A stretch of 64,000 bases of DNA, taken from assembly GCA_951406725.2 (NCBI GenBank), contig OX597831.1, positions 75,578,001 through 75,642,000 on the forward strand, written 5' to 3'. Of this stretch, positions 12,170-23,345 are shown in pieces. How positions within the stretch are numbered: the stretch's first letter is position 1; each line of letters begins with the position of its first letter. This stretch comes from Octopus vulgaris. Its lineage: Eukaryota. Under the pieces are notes generated by a model. That model searched no databases and had not been told where the DNA came from. It saw nothing but the letters and a program-made list of their open reading frames with translations. The translations under genes were made by a program, and so were the position numbers.

Positions 12170-13422
12170 TAAAAGGTTTAATAAAAAAATAACAACTAAT
12201 TAATCAATAATGTATTCACCCTTGTTGTATACAACTTCTTCCCAACGTTCAACAAGATTTTCAATACCTCGTTGGTAGAAATCACCTGATTTCGACTCGA
12301 AAAATTGATCCAACCAAGCTCTCAATTCTGCATTAGTATTGAACGAAACTCCACGCATTGCATTTGAAAGAGATTGAAAGAGATCGAAAGAGGTGGAAAT
12401 CCGTTGGTGCCAAATCAGGAGAATACGGCGTGTGTGGCAGCACTTCCCATCCATGCGTTTGAATGGCTTCCTTGGTCATATTGGCGATATGAGGGCGGGT
12501 GTTGTCGTGCAGCAGAAGAACTCCATGCTGATGATTAGGTATTTTCTCTCGAATAGCCGTGTTGAGCCATTCCATCTGTTGAACATAGTGTTCCGCGTTG
12601 ACCGTTTGGTTCCGTTCAAGCAATCCACAATGGATAATCCCTTCCCAGTCCCACGATACACACAAAATCGTTTTACGCAGATGATGATCTTGTTTCAAGC
12701 GCGGTGTCGCTTGTTTACTGGGGCTAAGCCATTCCTTACACTGCTTCATTTTTCATCGCCAGTAACGATTTGGTAAAGAAATCGTTGCTTGTGTCCATGA
12801 GTTGAGCGGTGACGAGCAAGCAAACCAGCGGAGATTGTGGCTCGTTGATTTTTGTTGTTGTCACTTAAAGCATGCGGAACCCATACTCCATACTTCTGAA
12901 CCTTTCCCATCGAGTGAAGATGCTTCTCTATAGCAGTGTGGGAGCATTCCATTTTCTCTGCTAGTTCCTTTACTGTTTGACGAGAATTTTCGTGCAAAAG
13001 TTGGTTTAATCGCTCTTCATTGAACTCAACTGCACGGCCAGAACGAGGTGCGTCTTTGAGGTCAAAATTTCCATTTTTGAACTTGGCATCATACCAATCA
13101 TGAGCGGTTCTTTCAGCTATGGCACCCTCTCCATACACAGCACAAATGTCGCGAGCAGCTTTTGCGGCCTTAGAACCTTGATTAAAAGCAAAAAGAAGGT
13201 GTCGAAAATGCTCGTTTTTCTTAACTTGACATTCCATCTTAATGATCTGAAAATAAACAAAATTTAACTAAAATTAACTATGAAAAAAAAAACAACAAAA
13301 ACAAAAAAATATTCCAAAATGATTCAAAAATAGAATTCTGGAAAAAAATAGATTTCAAAATTCAAAAACGCAATAAATTCCAAAAATTAAAAAAAAAGCG
13401 GGAACTTAGTTGCCAACCCAAT
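12170..13422 (-). mobile_element. Mariner (DD34D) DNA transposon; transposase pseudogene 13237->12200
   Basis: HTH region, WVPHAL, TGDEK*(W to stop), HDNTRPH, YSPDLAPTDFHLF; 10-bp duplication frameshift near 12370; 5' TIR TTGGGTTGGCAACTAAG (minus strand) near 13405-13422; 3' TIR not found. Confidence 0.92.
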
Positions 13423-13424
13423 AA

Positions 13425-14112
13425 TTGCTTATCTTTTTACTCATATTTCTGATACTGTCTTCTGTGAAGTGGATAGCCTCATGCTGGGGATAAAAAACTG
13501 TTTTCTTCAGGCTACAGAGCCATTCTGCAGTAGTATTATGTTAGCTTACTCCATATCTGAGCCCAGAAAAGTCGACTTTCATCACAGCATCGGGGACTAA
13601 TCTTTCACGTTTTTCATTATTATTAATCCCTTGGTAAAATCTTTTTTTCGTCGGTTCTAAGCAATTTGTTTTGCCAGTATTGCTTGTTCAAACTTAGTCG
13701 GTTTTGCTTTTTCTTTTGTATGTATGCGCTGCTTCAGTTCTTCAATTGCAGCATTCAGGCCTTTTGTATCTACACCATACTTCTTCCTAACTTTTTCGAA
13801 TTTCCATTCATTCTTAAGTTCTCCATTTCTTTTCCTGACAAATATTGACGCGACACTGTTCAATGAGTTTATATCTTCAGGAATTCTCCTTTCCCACCAC
13901 GGTTCTTTATTTTCCCTTCTATCCATCGCCGTTCTATTCTCAATAGTTCCAATCCCACCCTTCCCGCCACAATCCTACTAGAAGCCCTGATAACATTATT
14001 TGTTTGCGTCATGTTCTTTGTTTCAATGTGTCTCAATACATTGTTGACTTCACTCGTTTCTGGATTTAGTCTCCATTGGTTACATTTATTAAAGCCGCAC
14101 ATAAATTCTGTC
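13425..14112 (-). pseudogene. R4/Dong-like LINE fragment (pre-RT region)
   Basis: Peptides NNVLRHIETKNMTQTNNVI, KEPWWERRI, AIEELKQRI, DEKRFYQ, FSGLRY..HNTTAEWL resemble the region upstream of RT in R4-clade elements; multiple frameshifts. Confidence 0.65.
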
Positions 14113-14114
14113 CC

Positions 14115-14244
14115 TTCTTCTTCTTCTTCTTCTTCTTCTTCTTCTTCTTCTTCTTCTTCTTCTTCTTCTTCTTCTTCTTCTTCTTCTTCTTCTTCTTCTT
14201 CTTCTTCTTCTTCTTCTTCTTCTTCTTCTTCTTCTTCTTCTTCT
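14115..14244. repeat. (TTC)n microsatellite
   Basis: Direct reading. Confidence 0.95.
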
Positions 14245-14245
14245 A

Positions 14246-14617
14246 TGTTTGACTTTTGCTTTGCATTTGTACAAGTTGCCTCCAAGTCTCACCCAGAGAC
14301 CTCAAGAAACAACAAGTTAGAAGTTCATGTTGGTGTTATGCCTAGGGTGCCATATATTTGGTTTTGCACGAAGTATTGTTCTAGAGAATGTTTAAGAAAC
14401 CCTAAGAAAATTATGTGTTTGTTTTAAAATTTGAGATTACATAGACAGTATTTTTCATAGGATATGAGCAGTTCCCATGAGCACTATCTTTTGAATTCCT
14501 GCCATTTTGGGGTTTCCTGGTATCTGATCTATGTAGCAATCAGCCCTTTTTGCTATCATTCCTACAGCACCTACGACAACAGGTATTGTTTTTGTCTTCA
14601 GGTTCCACATTTTGCTA

Positions 14618-14619
<2 letters not shown>
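14246..14619 (-). pseudogene. 5'-truncated R4/Dong-like LINE 3' end
   Basis: Minus strand reads ISKMWNLKTKTIPVVVGAVGMIAKRADCYIDQIPGNPKMAGIQKIVLMGTAHIL*KILSM* directly after (TAA)n; homologous to the C-terminus of the 15006-15449 ORF. Confidence 0.75.
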
Positions 14620-14689
<70 letters not shown>

Positions 14690-14797
14690 GAGTGAGCGAG
14701 CAGAGCATGCCATCAAAGTGACACTGGGGTAAAATATACGAAGCCCAATATACCCATCATGACTACCCGTCTGATAAAGGTACACCGGGCACATGCA

Positions 14798-14866
<69 letters not shown>

Positions 14867-14889
14867 CATCATCATCATCATCTTCATTA

Positions 14890-15828
14890 GCATCTTCTTT
14901 CAATTATGTTTCCATTTCTTGCCGAGTGTCTTCCTGACATCTAGGGCAGAGAAACGTATTGTATACATTGGTAGGCCATTAAAATAAACCCACCAGATTG
15001 TTCATTTACAAAGTCATGTGATAGAGAAAAAGAGAAAGAAAGACAGAGAAAAGGAAAATAAAAGAATAAACGATAAAAAGTAAACAGATAAAATAAAGTG
15101 GGGAAAAAAAAGAAAGAAAATTGACAGCGACAATGGTCTTCTCAAATACGTGTGACGTACCACTTAAGGTAATCTTTTGCACTTCCTGCATGGATAGTAA
15201 GTCGGGGATCATTCTTAAATAATTTTCAGTTCCTTTTTTGGTCATTGCAAGTTCTCCTACAATCATTGGTATTGTAACCGTTTTGAGGTACCACATCTTT
15301 TCGATTTCGATTAGCAAATCTTTATATTTTCTGAGCTTATGAAATCCTTTTACCGAGATATTATGGTGACAGGGTATGCTCATGTCAATCAATAAACAGA
15401 CTTTATTGCTTTGGTATTTCACAACAATATCTGGTTTGTTTGCTTTCATAGTCCAGTCTGTACATGCTGGAAAATCCCAATAAATAGTTACATTTTCTCC
15501 CTCAGTTACAGCCTAAGGGTGGTGTATATACCATTTGTCAGTAGTTTTGATTTTATAATTCCGACATGTTGTCCCGTGTAGATATTGGCCAACTCTGTCA
15601 TGTCTTCATGTGTACTCTACAAGTGCTAAAACCTCACATCCAGAGATTAGGTGGTCCATTGTTTCAATCCTATCGTTGCAGTATCGGTTCTTTGAGTCTA
15701 CACCATTTATCATCACATTGGCTTGATAGTTCTGGGTCAATAAGTTCTGATCTTGAGCAGCCAAGATAAAGCCTTCACTCTCTGCCTTTAGCCCTGAGCT
15801 CCGTAGCCACTGTTGGGTGTGCATATCT
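14890..15828 (-). pseudogene. R4/Dong-like LINE 3' region (Zn knuckle plus restriction-like endonuclease)
   Basis: QWLRSSGLKAESEGFILAAQDQNL...YCNDRIETMDHLISGC; ANKPDIVV...CLLIDMSIP...KLRKYKDLLIEIEKMW...VTIPMIVGE. Confidence 0.8.
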
Positions 15829-15903
15829 TCATCATCATCATCATCATCATCGTCGTCGTCGTCGTCGTCGTCGTCATCATCATCATCATCATCATCATCA
15901 TTA

Positions 15904-18208
15904 CACTGGTCAACAAAATTAAATGTATTATACTCATTATGAATGCAAACCAACTTTTTTAGATTAATTTTTCATGCTGATTTCAAAATTTCACTCCATT
16001 TGTATGCAGCACGTATCAGATTTTCAGTAGATACATGCAGATATTTACATATTTGTATAAATGAAATCATTAACGTAATAAATAAGGACATATTATTTCT
16101 AGAAAGTAAATGAGTTTATTGAGTTAAAAATCCTAATTATCGTTCTACAAAGAGAGAATACACACAAAAAAAAAAGGTCAGATAACACAAACTAAGTTAG
16201 GACAACAGAGTTAGAAACATTGTGATTTGGATTTCCTGTGGTGTTCCTGATCTGGTTGATCACGGTAAAGCGTCCAGCAGTAGTCAGCCAGCATACTGCC
16301 TTTCCAGAAGCCTTGGTACCGTTTCTCCATAGCACTAACGTCCTGGTGAAATCTTTCACCATGTTCATCAGACACTGCTGCAAGGTTTTGTGCGAAAAAT
16401 CCAGATGGAAGTCCAAGAGGTGAACTTTTAGTGACATGCGACAACCCATTGCTGAGTAACATTTCAGAAGATTCTTGATGTTTTCCTTGCAGTCCATTGC
16501 CTTTTTATTACTCAAAGATCCAATTGAAAGCGTCCCAGGTGAGTAGTTCCAGTTCATCCAGTGTTGTCTTGAAGTTGACAGCTTTGACTACTTCTCTAAT
16601 TTGGGGTCCGACAAAAATACCCTCTTTCAACCTCGCCTGCGTGATTTTGGGTAACCTTTCTACAATGTACTCAAACCCTCTGTCACTTCCCTTCCCTAGT
16701 GTCTTTACAAACTGTTTCATCAGTCCAAGCTTTATGTGCAAAGGAGGCAATGGGACATTACAAGATGCAAGACAATCCTGGCTGGTATGATGTTCTTGTC
16801 TGCCAGTTTGATTCCGATCAATGTCTTTCAGTTGTCTGACTGTCCTATAGACACAAGAAGCAACAGTATTTTCTGAAACCTGACTGCATTTTCAATGACT
16901 TTTAAATCTCCACATATTTTTGATGAGTAGCTTTCGTAAGCAATGGCATGAAGTAAAAATTCCATATTCTCATATGATTCATGAAGATGAACGGAGTGTG
17001 CAATAGGAATGGAGGGCTTCAGATTACCATTATGGAGAGGTACAGCTTTTAAACTTCGTTTTGAAGCGTCAATAAACAAACGCCATTCTGCAGGGTCATG
17101 ATTTTGTGATAAACATCCGAAAAGTCTATCGATGTTACTGCCAAAGCAAAGCAGGTCTTTAACAGAAAAGCAAGTTTGTAGAACCACATTTCTCTGCAGA
17201 AAGTTATATGAACACCATGCTCTAGCAGATACTTCTCCTTCAGTCTAGATGTTAACAGTTCTGCTTTATCTTTTGAGAGGGTCTTTGACAAGGTCATTCA
17301 GTTCAGCTTGGAAAAATTTCTGATGTTCAAATCTATCGTCATCAGACACGTAATCTTCCCCAGCATCACTATCGTGACAGTCAGCATCATCATCTGTGTT
17401 TCAATGCCATCATCTGGTAGAACTGGAATTGGTAGACTTCCTCTGTGAATCTCATTGCAGAATCCAAGTTGAGATACACAATTCTGTGTTTATTCTCCAT
17501 AGAAAATCCTGTGACATTTACTTTGCAAAAATAACAGTCATTAAAATGGTCTTTTCGCTCCCTCCTTATTGGAATGGCAAAAGGCATGGACTTCGTAATA
17601 CTATTGAATCAATTACGTAAGCCATTTGAGCAAGCTAAGCAGATAAAACGTGGTGCCCATAACTTGTCCTGATCTCCAAGAGGACAGCCGAAGTATAAAT
17701 CTTCTCGATCTCTGGTTTTTGAGCTTTCACAGTAAATTGTCCTCGGACGTAACAAAATAAACACATCAGGATGATACCTACACTGTCTTGACATTGTTAA
17801 CACTGTAAAACAAGGATAGAAATAGATACAATTGGTTATACTAATATTGAATTTGGGGTGATGAAATATTTCATCAGACCAGTTATGACTGGACAATTTG
17901 AGATGCTGAAATACCTATTTCATCAAACAAAGCCTGATTGGTTAATTTAAGATGGCGAAATATTGCATCTGAACTATGCAGCAATGAATAATGTAGTTTA
18001 TTTTAAAGGTATGTTTCCGTGATGTAAATTAAATATATGCATACACGTCATTAATTGGAGTTTCTATATAACGCATGAGCAAAAACTCCAAAACTTCCTC
18101 GTCTTGAAAACCGTACGTGATGTCAAAAATCTAATTATATATTTGAAATCAGCATTAAAAACTATACACCTTGACATATGCTTGATGAAAAATACTTGTT
18201 GGCCAGTG
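15904..18208 (-). mobile_element. Chapaev3-like (CMC superfamily) DNA transposon, full length, transposase decayed (~17795->16211)
   Basis: TIRs CACTGGTCAACAA (15904) / TTGTTGGCCAGTG (18208); motifs YFGCPLGDQDKLWAP, DHFNDCYFC, WRLFIDASKRSLKAV, ICGDLKV, PPLHIKLGLMKQF, SDEHGERFHQD over several frames; flanks are TTA/TTG triplet repeats. Confidence 0.8.
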
Positions 18209-18235
18209 TTGTTGTTGTTGTTGTTGTTGTTACTA

Positions 18236-18282
<47 letters not shown>

Positions 18283-18306
18283 GTTTTGTTGTTATTTACA
18301 GAAACA

Positions 18307-20955
18307 ATGGAATTTCTTTCGTCTACTTCCTTCATAAAATGGTTAATTATTGGAAGTATTTTAACCCTTTCCGGCGCCAGTTACAGAGTCTGCGATGAGG
18401 AAAACGTTCACCTGGGCATTAGCGACATCACCAAACAGATTAATGGTAGCTCACCCTCAGCGTGTGTTTGGAAGGTATCTGCGCGTGAAGAATTCGGATT
18501 AAAAATATCAGTCGTGTTATCAGACGAAACAACATTTAATAACCACTCGTTCTCTCATACAGATGGTGCCGTGTCCGTTCTCATTTATGATGAAAATCCT
18601 TTAAATTCTTTCGACTCTCGATTAATAAACCGTATCGATTTAAACGAAACCGATGTCACGAAATCATTCTTGACTAACAGAAGCGAAATTTGGATGAAAG
18701 TTATTCACACAAACAATTCTTTGGACGATATTAGTAGACATTCTCTGTCGATAATTTATCAGGCTTTTTCTGCCAATCAATGTCGACTTCCGGTTAACTT
18801 TACCATTGGTAGTGCAAGTAATGAAACCTTTTTTCTTGGATCAGTTTTAAATGTTACATGTGATAAAGATTTTCCATCAATGGAACCTCTTGTGTCTGCT
18901 GTTGTTTGCTTAAAGAATGGAGATGGAATTGCCGTATGGAATGACTCGTTTGCCGGTTGTTATCTGGAAACATCGTCCAACATCAACAACAACACTTTGT
19001 TAACCAATTCTTCCGACTCGCAACCTCATCCACCGGTTACAAACGCAACAGAAACTAAAACCAGTTCAGCAGAAAACAGCAACAGTTCTTATTTAACCTG
19101 TAGTCAAATTTTCACCGACTTTTCAGCCAATATATCGTTCAATATTTATCGATATAATACATCTATATGTAATTTTACTATCGACGTCTCCGAAGCTTCG
19201 TCTCTGGAAGTTACGTTTTATGAAAACGATTTAATTTCTTTCGTTGAGATATCAGGGCATTTTCTCAAGGAATCTTTTAATTTGACAATCGATGATATTC
19301 CAAGAATATTAGAACTAAAAACCAATAAAGTTTCTATAATTTACCATATTTCGAATGAAAATAATAATACTAATAATAATGACACGTCGATGTTTTTGAG
19401 TTATTTAAGTAAAAAGAAAGCTAAAATGTGTGACCCCGTTGACCCACCTAAACATGGTTATATGACCCTGACTGATAATTCCCCGGGGTCAGAGGTTATT
19501 TTTTTCTGTCCTGCGCACCACACTTTAATAGGTGACAGTAAGACACGGTGTGAACAATCCGAAAACGGAACTTTCCACTGGACACATCCGACACCTTTAT
19601 GTCGGTGCGGAAATTCTTTAAATGTCACAAACTGGTCGTTTTCAACTGTGGAACTAAATAATTTAACTGTCATTGGTGGAACGAACTGTTCTTGGGAACT
19701 AACGAACGATGAGGAAAACTTTTATGAGATTTTTATCGAATTTAATGATGTCTCTTACAAAAGTTTATCGCTAACAATACAGGACTTGAACCAAACTTGG
19801 GAATATTCTTTTAACCATTCTCATTCTTCAGGCAGCTACAATTTCACCACATTGTCTCACATTGTTAATATTTATATCGATATCAGTGCCAACTTTCTGA
19901 CACAATCGGGAGACTTGGAGCTAACATTACGTAGCATCGAACCTAGAACAACCTGTGTCATTCCCTCAATAAACGATGGAACAGTTAGTGTGGATACTTT
20001 AACAGAAGGATCGATTATTGATTTTTCCTGTAATCCAGGTTATACGATTATTGGAGAATCAAAAGCTCTTTGCGTTTGGAATAATGTCTCAGGTTCTTTA
20101 GAATGGTCCTCCGCAATTCCTTCGTGTGTTCTTTACACTTGTTCAGAAGACAATAAAACTAGGAATTCGACATCTGGGATTATAATCAGTCCAAAATCTC
20201 TAAATGGCACAATTAGCCAATACCAGAATTGTACATGGATTATCAATAATTCCATTCCTGGAACTTACACAAACCTCACTCTTCTCTATTACCATTTCCC
20301 TGTTGATCCAGTCAGGCCAGTATTTTTACGCTTTGTCGAAGTTTCTTCCAACGGTAGCGAAATTTTACTCAAAGACTTCCATAATAATAGTTTGGAATCG
20401 GAAACGTTTATCAGTAATTCCGAACAGACCAAAGTGTATTACCGTGGACCGGTGCTTCCTGCTGTTGCGTACAAAGGGTTCGAAGTTGTGTATTGGATGC
20501 AGAATACAAGCGAATCAGATACAAAACCCGATGAAGAAATCAGCAATACAACCCTCGCCACCAACACTACCATCGACGCCAGTGCCACCATCGCCACCAC
20601 CATCTCCACCACCAACGCCACCACCAACGCCACCACCAACGCCACCACCAACGCCACCACCAACGCCACTACCGATATCATCGACATCACCACCGATGCC
20701 ACTATCGACACAACTACCACCACCACCACCACTGTCACCACCACTGCAACAACCAGTGCCCCCACTCCCACCCCCAGCCCCACCACTACCACTACCACTA
20801 TCACCACTTCCACTACCGTCACACCCACCACTAATAATACCACTGCCATCGCTACCAACGATACCATTCCCACATGGCCATCCTATCCTACATCCTCAAC
20901 TACAGGGAAACCAACAGATTCAGGAAGTTCACAGCGAAGACAACCAATCACGCCG
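18307..20955 (+). CDS. CUB/sushi-domain type I membrane glycoprotein (SEZ6/CSMD-like architecture), coding exon 1
   Basis: Acceptor TTTACAG| then AAACAATGG; signal peptide MEFLSSTSFIKWLIIGSILTLSGAS; sushi motifs CDPVDPPKHG..F.C..H.LIGD...C...W....P.C and CVIPSINDG..FSCNPGY.IIG...C...W....P.C; CUB motifs ACVWKV, NCSWEL, SGIIISP..NCTWII; Thr-rich stalk; donor CCG|GTGAGT (phase 0). Confidence 0.88.
20560..20870 (+). repeat. Coding ACC-rich repeat including 12-bp ACCACCAACGCC units (TTNA)
   Basis: Direct reading; encodes the mucin-like stalk. Confidence 0.85.
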
Positions 20956-21034
20956 GTGAGTTAATTATTCCCACATTCTTAATTAATGACTAACGCACTT
21001 TACGCATATTTATTTATTTATTCACTCATTTTTT

Positions 21035-21450
21035 TTTATCTTTTACTTGTTTCAGTCATTAGACTGTGGCCATGCTGCAGCACCGCGGCGAAGAATTTTA
21101 CTCGAACGAATCAACAGTTCTTATTTAACCTGTAGTCAAATTTTCACCGACTTTTCAGCCAATATATCGTTCAATATTTAGTAATTTTTTTGGTATCGTG
21201 TCTTTTTCCCGAATCCCCAAGTTACGGGAACGTAAACACACCAACACCGGTTGTCAAACGGTGGTGGTAGACAAACACACACACACACACAATATATACG
21301 ACGGGCTTCTTTCAGTTTCCTTTTACCAAACCCACTCAGAAGGTTTTGGCTGGCCCGAGGTTATAGTAGAAGACACTTGCCCAAGGTGTCACGCAGGGGA
21401 CTGAACCTGGAACCATGTGGTTGGAAAACAGGTTTCTTACCACGCAGCTC
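21035..21450 (-). mobile_element. Intronic SINE family A, interrupted by an exon-derived 69-bp insert
   Basis: Family A reverse complement on both sides of 21112-21180. Confidence 0.85.
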
Positions 21451-21674
21451 CTCCTATTTATCTTTCAGTTTGTTTCAGTCATTGGATGGCAGCCATCTTC
21501 AGACAACGCCTCAACAAATTTAGTCGAATAACTTAAACCTATTCATCGGTTTTGACATTGATTTCTCTTGGTTATTTTTCTTGCTTCTAATTTACACTTA
21601 TTTTCCTACTCCTTCCCACATTGCATTGTTCTAGTTTGACTCACAATCGTAAAGTCGTGAGTTCGATTCCTGGC

Positions 21675-21708
<34 letters not shown>

Positions 21709-21811
21709 GTACTTTGACTTCAAAATAATTTTATCTATCTGTCTATCTGTCTGTCTGCCTGCCTGCCTACCTGCCTGCCTGCCTATGTGTGTGTGTGTGT
21801 CTGTCTGTCTA

Positions 21812-21886
<75 letters not shown>

Positions 21887-21891
21887 GTCTA

Positions 21892-21965
<74 letters not shown>

Positions 21966-22166
21966 CACCTATCCATACATACACAGAGAATGTATTGCTA
22001 TAACATGTGACTCTATGGAAGGCTCAGCAGTTTCGCGGGTCGATTCGATATCTCATCCAAATTTTCTGTAAAGCCTTTCACTATCTCAATAGAGTGTACC
22101 CTCTAAATAACGGTGCATTGAACTCGTATTTGAGCCATTGTCTTCCGGATCTACACTGAGCATATT

Positions 22167-22257
<91 letters not shown>

Positions 22258-22484
22258 ATATATACGATGAAAGCTTGCATGTGTGTGTGTAGATTAGAAA
22301 TGAATTTATGAAAATCCTAATTTTTTTAAAGAAAATTCTCATGAATGTATTCTATCCATATTGTTGACGCTGGAACTTATATATGCCCTAATAATATATG
22401 CCCTAATATTAGACAATATTTTATTGTCAATATACGATGAAAGCTTATAATTATATTAACATAAGTTCTTATATTTCATTCCAG

Positions 22485-23264
22485 ACTGATAAAGTTCCAA
22501 GAAAAATTGATGTCTACGTCGGGAATGACACACTTGCAGGAACCAAACCACCCGTGCCTGCACCGAAGGTCGATGTCGGCGCCATCGTTATCGGAGTCAC
22601 ACTTCCTGTCCTCATTTTAATGGGGATTGGAATCGCTGTTTACATTTGGTACAGGAAGAAATATCCAGTGAGAATGATTCTCGGTAAAGAATTCCAAAAT
22701 TTCACCAATCCACTTTACGTAAAAAGCACGAATTCCGTCGAAATTAACATTACATCTCATACACCTGCAAGCCTTGTAGTCAAAGACCCGAATCCTTCAA
22801 TCGTTCCAGGACAAGACAATTTAGCATTCGACGATGAAACAGACAGCTCAAAAACTACAAGTGTCGGTGAAATTTCTGGAAATTCTCCTCAAGAAAATAA
22901 AGATTCTACAGATGTAACTGTATTGTCAAAAGATGAAGCAGACGATAAATCTATTGAGGAAGTAGACTTTAATCCTGAAACCAATACTAATTCCATTTCA
23001 AACGACGATGACTCTGATATTGAAATAGTTTCTAAAGAGAGTTCGACCACTTCGGAACCAGCTCTAATTTCAATTTCCGATGATCATGAACAAAATACGG
23101 AAGTTGTTCCTGAAACTGCAAGTTTGGACCCTAATATAGTCTTAGTTTCGTTATCTGATGACGAGATTGAAACAATGGATGAGGTAGAGGTCGTAGATTC
23201 AAACCCAGCTCTTAATTTAGACAATCTTCTTGTATCGTTCACTGACGAACCAAGCAATCAATAG
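22485..23264 (+). CDS. CUB/sushi membrane protein, coding exon 2 (TM helix and cytoplasmic tail)
   Basis: Acceptor TTTCATTCCAG| phase 0 matches the donor at 20956; TM AIVIGVTLPVLILMGIGIAVYIWY followed by RKK; tail with FTNPLY and acidic repeats; stop at 23262-23264. Confidence 0.88.
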   Translation, partial: TDKVPRKIDVYVGNDTLAGTKPPVPAPKVDVGAIVIGVTLPVLILMGIGIAVYIWYRKKYPVRMILGKEFQNFTNPLYVKSTNSVEINITSHTPASLVVKDPNPSIVPGQDNLAFDDETDSSKTTSVGEISGNSPQENKDSTDVTVLSKDEADDKSIEEVDFNPETNTNSISNDDDSDIEIVSKESSTTSEPALISISDDHEQNTEVVPETASLDPNIVLVSLSDDEIETMDEVEVVDSNPALNLDNLLVSFTDEPSNQ

Positions 23265-23339
23265 CGTTTTTAGCTTTAAGTATATTGACTGATTTGAAAT
23301 GTTGAAACAGGCTCTCAGTTTCGACATACAGGAACAACC

Positions 23340-23345
23340 AATAAA
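23340..23345 (+). terminator. Candidate polyadenylation signal AATAAA
   Basis: First AATAAA ~75 nt after the stop, followed by T-rich sequence; not verified. Confidence 0.4.

Noticed and set aside
14925-14965. TTGCCGAG...GAAACGT here and ATGCCGAG...GAAACGT at 31375-31412 as hammerheads
   Set aside because: The core deviates at several invariant positions and the helices are unconvincing.
18178-18306. N-terminal 43 aa of the 928-aa ORF
   Set aside because: It derives from the transposon end and a microsatellite; a splice acceptor and signal peptide favour ATG 18307.
20204-20959. Overlapping Pro-rich (+) and Val-rich (-) ORFs
   Set aside because: Shadow frames of the ACC-rich stalk.
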